From Chiloscyllium plagiosum (taxonomy: Eukaryota): DNA of 40,494 bases. The notes beneath the pieces were generated by a model. It was not told the DNA's origin. It saw only the letters and a list, made by a program, of their open reading frames with translations, and searched no databases. A program made the translations under genes and the position numbers. Positions 23,338 to 36,480 of this stretch are shown piece by piece; positions within the stretch are counted from its first letter, which is position 1, and the number at the start of each line of letters is the position of its first letter. Location of the stretch: NCBI RefSeq assembly GCF_004010195.1, contig NC_057720.1, positions 23,163,879 through 23,204,372 of the forward strand, read 5' to 3'.

Positions 23338-25754
23338 AGGGGAAAGAATGATTGGCCAATGGTCATGTGTTAGCAGGGTGTGGGGACGAATGGTTGTATG
23401 GTGGGTATATTTGGGCCTTGGGAGGGGAGTATCAGCCAAGGCAGTGAGGTGGAGATAGGCCTTATTATCCACTTTAGAGTAGGATTGCAGAGAAGGATCC
23501 CATCAGCCACTGGTTTAAGAAAGATGATTTTCAATTGCATTAGGAAAAGCTACATAATCAAATGTACCGTTTCCAGTATATTATCAAGAAAATGTGTCTG
23601 TGAGGAATGTTCTTAAAAATTTAGGAGCAGACTAACAAGAAATATGTTAAACCATGATTAAGAAAATAAAACATTAAAAATAATTTCTTCAATTGGAAAA
23701 TGTCAAAATTCTTTAGTTGTATTCTGCTACAGTTAAATATATTGTGCTGTCACTTAGCAACAAACATGAAAGAAACTGGCATCCTACTAAAATTACATTC
23801 TAATTGTAAAGGAATGCCAGTTGATACAATGGATATACTGTGGTGTTTTAGGAGTGTGCATGAAGCAATAAACTGTTTGCTGATTAGCTGCAACATTTAT
23901 CTCTTAATAGGACCATAATTATTCCATCTAATTTTCTTTTGTGCAGTAACAACCATTTCAAATACCTTTGTTATTAAAGAAATCTATTAAAAAAATTGTA
24001 ATTTTAGTAGATAGATGCCCTAGCAAGTTATTATAGAATGATCAAGACAATTAACCAGAATTTCACCCCATGTCCTGTAAAAAAAGAACTTAGTATTTAG
24101 GTTTCCTGAGGATTGACTGTGGTGACTACAGTGAATAATGTTTTTAAAGTATGTTTATTGTTTTACAAGTTGTTAGAGGAAGGCCAGTTGTAAATTCTCA
24201 ATAAACCTATATTTGTTTTGTAGAAGGAAGCATGAAATAAGAATATATCAACTTAATGACACATTGAATAGCAACAGAGATGGTCAAGTTCATTAGTGTA
24301 ATGAATTAATGAATATGAATTCTTCGTTGTTGAGAAGCTAAGTTTATGTGACCAATTTCAAATAATGGAAAGTTTCAAAATTTCACTTACATTAGATAAT
24401 GCTAGAAAATTGCCATTAAATTAATACTTACAAGCTCATTTTAATAACAGACTTGCTTTATGTCACTCAGAAATACCTATGCATACATACATTGAATTAG
24501 TGAGTGTTACACAGAAAAATAAGTCAATTTATGTGCAGCAAGATAGCACAACAGCTTTAAAATGAGTCACCATGTTTTGTCCATGTTAGCTAAGGGAAAG
24601 AATTGACAATGGCAAGTAGTTGCTGTTAAATCATTAAGATCTCAGTTGACTGGCAGGCCTTGGATTAACATCTCATCTGAAGAATAGCACATCCAAAAAT
24701 ATAGCATTCCATCAATTTAGAATAGCAATGAGCTACTGTATTGAATAATGCTTGAATCCACAATTTTGGAAAGATGAAAGGACTTGGAACATCTGAGCCC
24801 TTTAATATTCTCCCACAGATTGCCCCTCTATTAACTTAATATAGAAAGAAAATTTTGTGAGCAGGTTTGTACAATTATGTCCTTGGTATAAATCCAACAT
24901 AATTTTAGTATCAAAGATCATCCCAGCACTAAACAATGCAGATTAAGAAATGTTGATTTATTGTTTCTCTGAAGAGTCAAGCTGGTGCAACTCTCATTTT
25001 ACAATAGATAATTTTGTCACTGGTGTGAAGTGAAAACCAATTCACCCCAATATTAAACTTGAAAAATGACCCTCTAATGCTTTTGTTTATTCATTTCTAG
25101 GATATGGTCACCACTGGCTGGCCAGCATTAATTGCCTGTCCCTAATTGCCCTTGAGAAGATGGTGGTGAGCTGCCTTCTTGAACAACTGCAGTCCACCTG
25201 CTGTGGGTTGACCCACAACTCCATTAGGGAGGCAATTCCAGGATTTTGACCCAGTGGCAGTGGAGGGGAATTTGTAAGTGTGGCGTTACCATTAATCTTG
25301 TCCTTCTAGATGGAAGCGATCATGGGTTTGGAAGGTGGAGCCTGAGGATCTAAGGTGAATTTTTGCACTGCATCTTGCAGATAGTACACACTGCAGCTAT
25401 TAAGCATCAATGGTGGATGGAATGGATGGTTGTGGATGTTGTGCCAATCAAGGTGACTGCTTTGTCCTGGATGGTGTCAAGCTTCTTGACTGATGTTGGA
25501 GCTACACTCATCCAGGCAAATGGGATGTATTCCATCACACTCCCGACTTGTGTCTTGTAGATGGCGGACAGACTTTGGGGAGTCAAGAGGTGAGTTACTC
25601 GCTGCAGTATTCCTAGTCTCTGATTTGCTGTTGTGGCCACTGTGTTTATGTGGATGTGGTAAGTCTATTTGAGGTTTAATCAATGATAACCAAAGGATGT
25701 TGACAGTGGGGGATTCAGTGATGTTAACACTATTGAATGTCAAGCAGTGTTGGT

Positions 25755-26835
25755 TAGATTGGATACAGAACTGGCTCAAAGGTGGTGGTGGAGGGTTGTT
25801 TTTCAGACTGAAGGCCTGTGACCAGTGGAGTGCCACAAGAATCGGTGCTGGGTCCTCTACTTTTTGTCATTTACATAAATGATTTGGATGCGAGCATAAG
25901 AGGTACAGTTAGTAACTTTGCAGATGACACCAAAATTGGAAGTGTAGTGGACAGCGAAGAGGGTTACCTCAGATTACAACAGGATCTTGACCAGATGGGC
26001 CAATGGGCTGAGAAGTGGCAGATGGAGTTTAATTCAGATAAATGTGAGGTGCTGCATTTTGGGAAAGCAAATTTTAGCAGGACTTATACACTTAATGGTA
26101 AGGTCCTGGGGAGTGTAGCTGAACAAAGAGACCTTGGAGTGCAGGTTCATAGCTCCTTGAAAGTGGAGTCACAGGTAGATAGGATCGTGAAGAAGGTGTT
26201 TGGTATGCTTTCCTTTATTTGTCAGAGTATTGAGTACAGGAGTTGGGAGGTCATGTTGCGGCTTTACGGGACATTGGTTAGGCAACTGTTGGAATGTTGC
26301 GTGCAATTCTGGTCTCCTTCCTATCGGAAAGATGTGGTGAAACTTGAAAAGGTTCAGGAAAGATTTACAAGAATGTTGCCATGGTTAGAGGATTTGAGCT
26401 ATAGGGAAAGGCTAAACAGGCTGGGGCTGTTTTCCCTGGAATGTCAGAGGCTGAGGGGTGACCTTATAGAGGTTTACAAAATTATGAGGGGCATGGATAG
26501 GGTAAATAGGCAAAGTCTTTTCCTTGGGGTTGGGGAGTCCAGAATTAGAAGGCATAGGTTTAGGGTGAGAGGGGAAAGATATAAAAGAGACCTACAGGGC
26601 AACATTTTCACACAGTGGGTGGTACGTGTATGGAATGAGCTGCCAGAGGAAGTGGTTGAGGCTGGTACAATTGCAACATTTAAGAGGCATTTGGTGGGTA
26701 TATGAAAAGGAAGGATCTGGAGGGATATGGGTCGGGTGCTGGCAGGTAGACTAGATTGGGTTGGTATATCTGGTCAGCATGGATGGGTTGGACTGAAGGG
26801 TCTGTTTCCGTGCTGTACATCTCTATGACTCTATA
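25755..26835 (+). mobile_element. 5'-truncated HER1/CR1 LINE, relatively young
   Basis: RT motifs, 3' UTR and CTCTATGACTCTAT tail. Confidence 0.93.
25818..26705 (+). pseudogene. Open 295-codon remnant of CR1 ORF2 (C-terminal RT); not a host gene
   Basis: SGVPQESVLGPLLF, FADD, WAEKWQMEFN, DLGV, WNELP motifs; lacks the endonuclease and N-terminal RT. Confidence 0.9.
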
Positions 26836-27917
26836 ATTGGTGGTGGTCATAGCCTGGCATTTGTGTTGCTTGAATGGTACTTGCCACTTGTTGGCCCAAA
26901 CCTGGATATTGTCCAGATCTTGTTGCATTTGAACATGGACTACTTCAGTATCTGAGGAGTCGCGAATGATGGTGAACATTGTGCAATCATTAGCAAACAT
27001 TAGAACTGCAACCTTGAGCTGAGTTTAACTGAGATGACCTCGTCTTGGCTACTGTCTGGATATCTGGTGAAATTCCCACTTTACCAGTTTTAGGTGACAC
27101 TGAGGCACTTAACAGGCCATTGGCAAGCATTCCCAGAAGTAAAGTTTTTAGATCAGAGATTCTGCCTGTAGGGAGCAGTTAGCCAATCAGAGGCCTACAA
27201 CTCTTCAGGATACAAGGGAAAGCCGTGGCTCCTGTTGGTACTAACTTCAGGCCATTGATTGAAAAGTGATTCAGCAACAAGTCATTGTTGGGAAGGAGTG
27301 ACTATGTGGTGGGGATCATGGGAGAGGCATACTGAGGGGATCAACAAATTCTCAGCAGACCACCCACATCTTAATGCCAAATTACTTGATCAGGCACTGA
27401 TTATGTATGAATCATGGACAGTGTTGAGAACACATGAACAAACATACTAGGGTTTGCTTGCCTTGTATGACTCTTTGCATGCAAGCCCCTACCTGCCACT
27501 GCTATCGACATGAGAACCGTGGGCCAATTACGGGCTTTAATTGACAGGAAAGCCATCTGGGAGCTTCCCCTTCCAATTAAATGCCCCTGCCACCAAACAC
27601 AGCAAGCGGAGCACATTAAATTTCACCCAAATGACACAATTCAGCAAGCCATCTCAAAACAAGGTGACATGGGTTCCTTCTAACTTTCCACCCCATGGCG
27701 AAGCCCACTATTGTAGTCACTAAATCCAGATTTATATTGAACTTAAAATTCTTCTACTTAACTGTAAAGAACTCTCATAAAACAGCAATTGATAGTGATA
27801 ATTTAAATTATTTTCATGAAGGTCTTTTGACAAACCTTGCACTTGTATTGATAAATATATGTTTGGACCCAAGAATTGCATCTGTGTGCATTGTGTTAGT
27901 AATGCTTAACCTAATCA

Positions 27918-28528
27918 CAGAATCACAGACATGTCATAGCGCAGAAGGAAGCTATTCAGCTCATCATGTCTCCAATGGCTATTTGCCTGCCTTTTCCCCA
28001 TACCCTCAGCATGATTCTATTCAAATGACCATCTAAAACCTTCTTGAATGACTCAATTAATGCTGCTTCTGCCATACTTAGAATCTCAACAGTAGAAACT
28101 GGGCAACAAGTCCACTTCAATCCTCTGAAGAACATCCCACCGAGACCGATCCTGCTACCTTATCCCTGTAGTCCTGCATTTCCCATGGCTAATGCATGTA
28201 ACCTACACATCCCTGAACATGATGGGTAATTTCAGCATGGTCAATCCACCTAACCTGCATATCTTTAGACTTCCAAGCAGCAAACTCCAGACCTGAACCA
28301 GTTGAGTGAAAAAGATTTTTTTTCTCATTATGTTTGCAAATCACTTTAAATATAGGCCTTCATGTTCTTAAGCCTGTTACAAACAGTAATTGTTTCTTCC
28401 TCTTTACTCTGTCTAGATCTTTCATGGTCTTTAAAACTTCCATCAGAGTTTCTTTTAGCCTTTTCTTCTCCAAAGAGAACAGTCCCAATTTGCCAATCTA
28501 TCCTCATAAATGGAATTCCTCATACTAA
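27918..28528 (-). mobile_element. Degenerate CR1 3' fragment containing an HE1-like SINE piece
   Basis: Tail CAGAATCACAGA..GAAGGAAGCTATTCAGC at the left; CR1 ORF2 end reversed at 28300-28525. Confidence 0.6.
28080..28270 (-). mobile_element. HE1-related SINE 3' half
   Basis: CAACAAGTCCAC...AGCATGGTCAATCCACCTAACCTGCATATCTTT parallels 13228-13345. Confidence 0.7.
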
Positions 28529-28990
28529 TGTGATGATGCTGCCCCTTTAACAAGGTGATTTTATCCTTCAAGAGGGGTCATACAGACAGAGGTGCCGATT
28601 TGTCTGGAAGTGGCTACTTTAAACAATGGCAGGGAGTGTCTAGTTCTCCTAGTTCAGGTTAGTTTGCTGGTTTTGTTTGTTTGAACAAGAAGTCAGAAAC
28701 TGCTGCTGTGAAAAAGGGTTCCATACTTCAACAGAAGTTTCTTGCCTGATTCTTCTCTCTGCAATCTTTCCTGCTAGGAAGAACCTGTGTTTGAATTTAC
28801 CATTTGCCAAGGGGTGTGTTTTGGGGTGATGCGGGTATTGGAACAGCTCCTTCGTTAAGTTGCGACTTCAAGTTGATTCAGTTTCCAAATAATGAAGACA
28901 CTTTAAATTCTGTTTTCTTTTTGTTTGTGTTTCAAGAGTAATGTGTAAAAACACATTGTTTTGCTTAAAGCTGAGTGGTTTGACCAGCTG
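28529..28990 (+). mobile_element. Probable LTR 5' portion, truncated by a PLE fragment
   Basis: Begins TGTGATGA at a sharp break in the CR1 copy; LTR-like composition; 3' CA end not seen. Confidence 0.45.
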
Positions 28991-29050
28991 TGCTCCAAAA
29001 GCTTGTGATTTCAAGTAAACCTGTTGGACTATAACCTGGTGAGTTGTGAC
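28991..29050 (+). mobile_element. PLE terminal fragment
   Basis: GCTCCAAAAGCT...TAAACCTGTTGGACTATAACCTGGTG matches 11-62. Confidence 0.75.
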
Positions 29051-29308
29051 ATCTAACCTAGTTGTGGCATATATACCGCACTGAGCAATGCAATTCCTCA
29101 CTTTTTGTTCCTTGCCGGTAGCCAGATTGATTCTGTCCTTGCACCCTCTGGGATGCCCTATTTGCTCCAGCACCACAAAGCTTTCAACCAAATCCACCAC
29201 CCCTCCTCCTTTCCTATCTATTCTGAAAACATTGCACCTGGGAACATTTAGCTCCTGCCTACTTTCAGACAGGTTTTTGATTTCACCACAACATCATATT
29301 TCCACATG

Positions 29309-30249
29309 NNNNNNNNNNNNNNNNNNNNNNNNNNNNNNNNNNNNNNNNNNNNNNNNNNNNNNNNNNNNNNNNNNNNNNNNNNNNNNNNNNNNNNNNNNNN
29401 NNNNNNNNNNNNNNNNNNNNNNNNNNNNNNNNNNNNNNNNNNNNNNNNNNNNNNNNNNNNNNNNNNNNNNNNNNNNNNNNNNNNNNNNNNNNNNNNNNNN
29501 NNNNNNNNNNNNNNNNNNNNNNNNNNNNNNNNNNNNNNNNNNNNNNNNNNNNNNNNNNNNNNNNNNNNNNNNNNNNNNNNNNNNNNNNNNNNNNNNNNNN
29601 NNNNNNNNNNNNNNNNNNNNNNNNNNNNNNNNNNNNNNNNNNNNNNNNNNNNNNNNNNNNNNNNNNNNNNNNNNNNNNNNNNNNNNNNNNNNNNNNNNNN
29701 NNNNNNNNNNNNNNNNNNNNNNNNNNNNNNNNNNNNNNNNNNNNNNNNNNNNNNNNNNNNNNNNNNNNNNNNNNNNNNNNNNNNNNNNNNNNNNNNNNNN
29801 NNNNNNNNNNNNNNNNNNNNNNNNNNNNNNNNNNNNNNNNNNNNNNNNNNNNNNNNNNNNNNNNNNNNNNNNNNNNNNNNNNNNNNNNNNNNNNNNNNNN
29901 NNNNNNNNNNNNNNNNNNNNNNNNNNNNNNNNNNNNNNNNNNNNNNNNNNNNNNNNNNNNNNNNNNNNNNNNNNNNNNNNNNNNNNNNNNNNNNNNNNNN
30001 NNNNNNNNNNNNNNNNNNNNNNNNNNNNNNNNNNNNNNNNNNNNNNNNNNNNNNNNNNNNNNNNNNNNNNNNNNNNNNNNNNNNNNNNNNNNNNNNNNNN
30101 NNNNNNNNNNNNNNNNNNNNNNNNNNNNNNNNNNNNNNNNNNNNNNNNNNNNNNNNNNNNNNNNNNNNNNNNNNNNNNNNNNNNNNNNNNNNNNNNNNNN
30201 NNNNNNNNNNNNNNNNNNNNNNNNNNNNNNNNNNNNNNNNNNNNNNNNN
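29309..30249. other. Assembly gap (941 N)
   Basis: Run of n. Confidence 1.
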
Positions 30250-30444
30250 TTCATCCCTTGTGGTTGGAGGGTTCCTAGGTGGAAGATGAGGCGCCCTTCC
30301 TCCAGGCGTCGTGTTGCCATGGTCTGGCGATGGAGGAGGCCAAGGACCTGCATGTCCTTGGCGGAGTGGGAGGGGGAGTTAAAGTGTTCAGCCACAGGGC
30401 GGTTGGGTTGGTTGGTGCGCGTGTCCCAGAGGTGTTCTCTGAAA
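30250..30444 (-). mobile_element. Penelope-like element, C-terminal part of GIY-YIG endonuclease
   Basis: FREHL...PVAEHFNSPSH..DMQVLGL...RRLEE.RLIFHLGTLQPQGM; homologous to 35440-35630. Confidence 0.85.
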
Positions 30445-31328
30445 CAGACCCTTCGGTCCAATTTGTCCATGCCGACCAGGTATCCTAAATTAATCAAGTC
30501 CTGTTTGCTAGCATTTGGCCCATATCCCTCTAAACCTTTCCTATTCATATACCAATCCAGATGCCTTTTAAATGTTGCAATTTTACCAACCTCCATCACT
30601 TCCTCTGGAAACTCATTCCATACACACACCACTCTCTCTGTGGAAAATTTGCCCCTTAGATCCCTTTTAAATCTTTCCCTGCTCACCTTAAACCTATGCT
30701 CACTTGTTCTGGATTCCCCCACCCTAGGGAAAAAACCTTGTCTATTCACCCTCTCCGTGCCCTTCGTGATTTTGTAACCTTCTGTAAGGTCACCCCTCAG
30801 TCTCTGATGCTACAGGAAAAACAGCCCCAACCTATTTAGCTTCTCCCTATACTTCAAATCTTCCAACCCTGGCAACATCCTTGTGAATCTTTTTGAACAC
30901 TTTCAAGGTTCACAATATCCTTCCTATAATAGGGAGACCAGAATTGCACGCAGCATTCCAAAAGTGGCCTAAACAATGTCCGGTACAGCTGCAACATTAT
31001 ATCCCAACTCCTGTGCTCAATGCACTGACCAATAAAGGCAACCATACCAAATGCCTTCTTTGCTGTCATATCTACCTACAACTCCACTTTCATGAAAATA
31101 TGAATGTGCACTCCAAGGTCTCTTTGTTCAGCAACACTCCCCTGGACCTTATTAGTAAGTTTAAAAGTCCTGCCTTGATTCCAAAATGCAGCAACTCACA
31201 ATTACCTAAATTAAACTCCTCAGCCCACTGGCCCATCTGATCAAGATCCCATTGTACTCAGAGATAACCTTATTCACTGTCCACTACACCTCCAATTTTG
31301 GTGTCATCTGCAAACTTACTAACCATAC
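30441..31328 (-). mobile_element. 5'-truncated HER1/CR1 LINE lacking its terminal microsatellite
   Basis: KFADDTKIG at about 31295-31320, homologous to 25905-26808; several indels. Confidence 0.92.
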
Positions 31329-31339
31329 CTTTTCTTAAG

Positions 31340-31920
31340 GGTTGTCTTACATCTAGGTTATTAATTAGGTCCTTCTCATTGCGTAATACTTGATCTAAGT
31401 AAATAGTTCACCAGTTAATTTCTTAAAATACTGCTTTAGAAATTTAGTTCATATATATTCCAGGATTTTGTCCACCACAGCATTGATCCTCATTAGACTG
31501 GCCCAGTCTATATGTAGATTGAAGTCACCCACATTACTGCATTATTCTGTCAGTTATCTTGTATTTCCTGATTTAAACCATGTCCTACTTGACCACCACC
31601 TTTGGTGGTCTATGAACAACTCCCACCAATGTTACTGCCCATGAGTTTTCTTAGCTCCACCCACATAGATTGTTCTTCTGAACTATCTTCCTCACACCAA
31701 AGTACTGTTCGTATCCCTTATTATCAGCTCTGCCCCATCTCATTTTCCATGTTGCATATCCTTCCTAAATATTGAATATCTTTAAATATTCGATTCCCAG
31801 CCTTAGTTACCCCACAGCCATATTTGCACAATGACTATTAGAACAGACTCATTTCGTATCATTTGTGCCATTATTTCAAATCTGGTTGCAAATGCTGCAT
31901 GCATTCAGATAAAGTTCATT
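31340..31920 (-). mobile_element. Old CR1 apurinic endonuclease-domain fragment
   Basis: Minus strand VGVVHRPP (about 31603-31627) and VGDFNLHIDW (about 31500-31530). Confidence 0.7.
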
Positions 31921-31934
31921 TAATTCTTCCATGG

Positions 31935-32350
31935 AACAGCTTGGCTAAGGCACAGCCATTTCTGTAGCACAAGTCTTGAGTCCTAAAACCAGAGCATTGT
32001 CAGACTATGTAGTCTTTACATTATCCAACATCTTTGTTGATATCACATGGAGTAAATCAAATTGGCTGAAGTTTTTCACCTGAATTTGTTGCTTATTGAT
32101 GCATTTGCATTAATACTGGTAAATTAAAATATCTCACTCGGAGATAATTTGTGCTTTAGATATGGTGGGTAAGTACTGGGAATCAGGAGGTGAGTTATTT
32201 GTCCCATTATTTCCAGCTTCCAAGGTGCTCTTGTCATCGCCGTATTCATATGGGTAACCCAGTTAATCTTCTATTCAATGGTAACATGCAAGATATTGAC
32301 AATGGAGGATTTGGTGATTGCGATGCCATTAAATGTCATGAAGAAATGTT
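31935..32350 (-). mobile_element. Fragments of the old CR1/L2-group LINE
   Basis: 32150-32350 aligns by eye with 905-1100 and 25550-25745. Confidence 0.6.
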
Positions 32351-34216
32351 GGTTTTAACCCCAGGTAGTTATTTTCAAGAGTTTACATTTCCAAGCCAGA
32401 ATTAGTGAGTCTTGGATTCAACTTATGTTGCGCAATGAAGCTGGATCACCATTGAAAGATTATTTCAGTTCAACAGACTGGAGATGACCAGGATACAATT
32501 TGTAAGAGTAGGACCAAATTGGATATTAGATTGATCTTAAATTCATATAGAGAAGGTAGTTTCTGGAATCCACAGCCATATTCTTCATATCATATGGAAA
32601 ATAACACTTTAGCTCATGCAATTGCGTCAGTTGGTTCTTGACTGCCTGAGTCATAGCAGTGAGTGACTCTTAGGAAATTTCAAGGTCACTTTGTCTGTTA
32701 TTATCTTGTTTTGCCCAAGAAATTACATAGCTGTGCTTTGATTGGGAAGTGTTTCGTTAGTCATAAAATTCTATTTTAAGTGTTATGTAGGCAATTTGTA
32801 CCAGTGTTCATATCGTTAAATGGGTTCGCCACACTATTGTTCACCTTAAGGTAGCTTCGCTGTCACCATCCTCTTTCAGGGTAGAGATCAACAGGGCCTG
32901 CTTAATCTAGTATGATCAAGAAAAACTATTTGATATTTTAAAGAGAATAGGGTCTTGTCTTAAACAAGATGATGTTCATTGTATGATAAGAACTAGGTAA
33001 AAATAAAACTAACATCATGGATATTATTACAGAGACCACAAGAAAGACCCAGATCATTAGACTTACTCTGTTGAGACGTTAAACTGTTGTCCCAGCAAGT
33101 CTGTTTGTCATCATCATTGTGTGTGGTGGCTTATGGCATCTCTCAACATTAACTTTTTCAGATCCTTTCATCCTTATACAACACCCACAAGCTGCTTTTT
33201 CATTATTATATATTTATGTAGAATTACTTTTATTACCAAACCATCTCCCACATTATGCTGACTTCATAAATTCAGGCAGCCTGGAAATTTCACTGTTCTC
33301 CTACAACATGTTCACTTGGATGTGGAAGACTGGTAGGTTTCTGATTGAAACCTGGTGATTTTGATTCTATTCCTGTCAGTGCGAGGTTTGTGAGTTATTT
33401 TCATTCTGATATTCCTCCCTGAATTCATCCTAATCAGCAGTGATGATCTAAAATGGAAGGATGATTCTTGTGGTTCTTTTGTAAAACTTCAACAGTTATA
33501 TCAACAATATATGACCGTTGCTGGTTTGCAAATCCTTGAATAATTGTATGTTCCTGTTAAGATCCCATATCTATACCTATTGTCTAAAGCCCAACTGTGT
33601 TAACCATTATATAATCAAAGTTATATGAATTCAATTGAGCCTGTCTGTAAAGGACTCACATTAACTTAAGCCAAATGTTTCATTTTTCTATATCTGTGGA
33701 AGGATTTACAGTCTATTTTATGTCTTCGCTAGTTTACAACAATATTCTATTCAACATTTCCTTATCAGTTTATTGGTCCTGTTTTGTATATTTTTAAAAG
33801 TTCCCATTCCTCAGATTAATGATTATTTATGATAATTTTATAATCCATTTGTTTTAATTTTATATAGTTGTTTAAGCTCTATGTCATTGTTAATTTGTTA
33901 TTTTTGCACCCTGGCTGTCAGTCACATAATAGTTCTTTAAATACTGTCCATTGTCTTTGTTTGGTCATGCCTTTCAACATATTTCCCAAACCAACTCAGA
34001 CAATTTGTGCCTTATGCCTTCAAAGTTCCCTTGTTCAAATTTAACATCTTTGCTTCAGATTGAACTACCTCACTTTCAACATAATGTAAGATTTTATCAT
34101 ATTGTGGTCAGTCATTCCTAAAGGATATTTTACAATAAGATTATTAATTAACCCCATTTTAGTACATAATGCTATGGCTAAAATAGTTTGTCTTCTAGTC
34201 AGCTCAACATATTACT

Positions 34217-34249
34217 GATCTCCAGCATCTGCAGTCCTCACTTTCTCCT
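34217..34249 (+). mobile_element. 33-bp PLE 3'-terminal micro-insertion with 16-bp TSD
   Basis: AGCTCAACATATTACT at 34201-34216 and 34250-34265; the insert matches the reverse complement of about 36824-36854. Confidence 0.88.
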
Positions 34250-34975
34250 AGCTCAACATATTACTCAAGAAAACCATTCCAACCACATTCCGGAAACTAA
34301 TTGTCCACGGCTTTAATATTCATTTAGTTCATCCAGTATATATGCAAATTGAAGCACCCATGATTACTGTAGTGTGCATGCTACCTACTTCTCTTATTTC
34401 CTGATTAATACCATGCCCTATATTACAATTACTGTTTGGTAGCCTATAAATAACTTGAACCAATGTCTGATGTTCCTGGATTGTTGTCAGCTCCATTCAA
34501 ACAGCTTCCACATATTTTTCTTCCAATCTATGATTTTCCTTTACTAATTTACTGATGCCATTCCATATTATCAGTGCAACTCCATCTCCCTTTTCTTCTT
34601 GTCTGTCTTTCCTAATCACCAAACATCCTTGAATATTTAGTTCTCAGTCTTGGTAATGTTTCTTTAATGGCAATTTACCTTTATTTGCACCTTAATATCA
34701 TCTGTAAGCTGCCTTCAAGTTTGTTGTTTTGATACAATTCCACTTGTGAGGCATACTCAAGGCTTGGCTTTGTTTCTTTTTCTTCTCGCCTCCCGACTAG
34801 CTTTTCTATTTCCTGTCACCAAATTTACTCCCTAGCATTTGAGTTACCCTTAGGATTCATCACCTGACAAGCGGATTGAAATCCACCCCAACAGCACTGG
34901 CAAATCTCTCTGCAAGGCTGTCAGTCTCAATCTTATGAAGTTGTAACCCACCAGCTTGTAGAAGAATCATTTGCA

Positions 34976-36480
34976 ATATTGATTGATTTATTTATAGTCA
35001 TGTGTACCGAAGTACAGGCAGACCATAACAAGCAAGGATGTACAGATCAAAGAAATTTAGACAGAGGCATAGGGGTTACATTGTACAGGGCAAGATCATT
35101 GTTAGGAAAAAGTGAGGACTACAGCTGCTGGAGATCGGAGTTAAGAGTGTAGTGCTAGAAAAGCACAGCAGGCCGGCAACATTTTAGGAGCAGGAGAATT
35201 GACAGTTTGGGCATAAGCCCTTCATCAGGAATGAGGCTTGTGGGTCGGGGCTGAGAGATAAATGGGAGGGGGTGGGTTTGGGGAAATGTAGCTGAGAAAG
35301 TCATAGGTGGATGAAGGTGAGGGAGAAGGTGATAAGTCAGAGGATGGAGTGATGGACAGGTCCGGAAGGCGGTGCCGAGTTGGAAGCTTGGCACTGGGTT
35401 AATGTGGGGGGAGGGGAAATGAGGAAGCTGTTGGAATCTACATTTATCCCGTGTGGTTGCAGGGGTCCAAGGCAGAATATGAAGCGTTCCTTTTCCAAGC
35501 ATCGGGTGGTAGCAGTTTTGTGGTGGAAGAGGCCCAGGACTTGCATGCCCTTGACAGAGTGGGATAGGAGTTGAAGTGTTCAGCCACGGGGCGGTGGTGT
35601 TGGTGGGTGTGGGTATGCCAGAGATGTTTGTTCGATCAATGTTTACAAGATCAGCATTATCCTCAGTCCAATAACAGCCGGGAAGAAGCTGTTCTTGAAC
35701 CTGTTGGTGCGTATGTTCAGGCTTCTGTATTTTCTGCCTGATGATAGAGGTTGTAGGAGAGCATTACCGGGGTGCTTTGGGTCCTTGATGATGTTGGCAG
35801 CCTTTCCATGGCAGCAAGCCATGTTAATGGAGTCCATGGATAGAAGGTTGGTTTCCTTAATAGTCTGGGCTGTGCACAGCATCTTCTGTAGTTTCTTACG
35901 GTCCCAGGCAGAGCAGTTACCATACCAAACTGTTATGCACCTGGACAGTATGCGTTCAACATTGCATCAGTAGAAGTTAGTGAGGGTCCTTACAGACGTG
36001 CCAAATTTCCTGAGCCGCCAGGGGAAGAAGAGGCATTGACGTGCCTACTTGACCATCGTATCTACACGTGAAAGCCAGGACAGGTTGACGGTTATCATCA
36101 CTCCGAGGAACTTGACGTTCTCCACCCTATCCACCTCAGTTCCATGGATGTAGTTGGGGCCAAGTTCTCTTCCTTTCTTTTTGAAGTCAATGATCAGTTC
36201 TTTAGCTCTGCTGATGTTGAGAGAGAGGTTGTTCTCATTGCACCCCAACACCAAACCTTCTATCTACTTGCTGTATTTTGACTCATCATTGTTAGATATC
36301 CATTCAACTATGGTGGTGTTGTCAGCAAACTTGTAGATGGCATTTGTTTGGAATTTGGCAACACAGTCATGGGTGTAAAGGGAGTACAGTAGGAGGCTGA
36401 GGGCGCATCCTTGGGGGGCTCCACTGTTGAGTGTTATTGTGGAGGAGGTGCAGTTACCTATGCTCACTGATTGTGGTCTC
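34976..36480 (-). mobile_element. Rex1/Babar-like LINE, 5'-truncated, split by a Penelope insertion
   Basis: GAPQGCALSLLLYSLYTHDC, KFADNTTIV, KFLGVMI, IIKDPKHP..LSSGRKYRS..TNRFKNSFFP; 3' end with ATTG/ATTT repeats at about 34978-34993. Confidence 0.8.
35104..35633 (-). mobile_element. Penelope-like 3' fragment (GIY-YIG C-terminus, 3' UTR, hammerhead motif)
   Basis: MQVLGLFH...ERFIFCLGPLQPHGINVD; CTGATGAAGGGCTTATGCCC at 35209-35228; 9/10 TSD GATCA(T/A)TGTT at 35094-35103 and 35634-35643. Confidence 0.88.

Larger units (their letters stand above)
25082..27000 (-). mobile_element. Old CR1/L2-group LINE 3' portion, split by a HER1 insertion
   Basis: MFANDCTMF...QQDLDNIQVWANKWQV (26836-27000) continues as ANQRLGILQRV..IYKTQV..MEY (25400-25750); 3' tail at 25082. 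Confidence 0.85.

Noticed and set aside
15700..24090. Other acceptor-like sites (15713 +, 16278 +, 24075 -)
   Set aside because: Following frames stop quickly or lack a good donor; such sites are common in AT-rich DNA
29088..30749. Long ORFs of 327-488 aa in the ORF track
   Set aside because: Artefacts of reading through the 941-N gap
30250..30749. Apparent in-frame CR1-GIY-YIG fusion protein
   Set aside because: The frame runs through the HER1 ORF2 tail and 3' UTR into a truncated Penelope piece; it is a chance junction with no catalytic RT or GIY/YIG motifs visible
33440..33540. Box C-like GTGATGA (snoRNA?)
   Set aside because: No suitably placed box D (CTGA) or terminal stem
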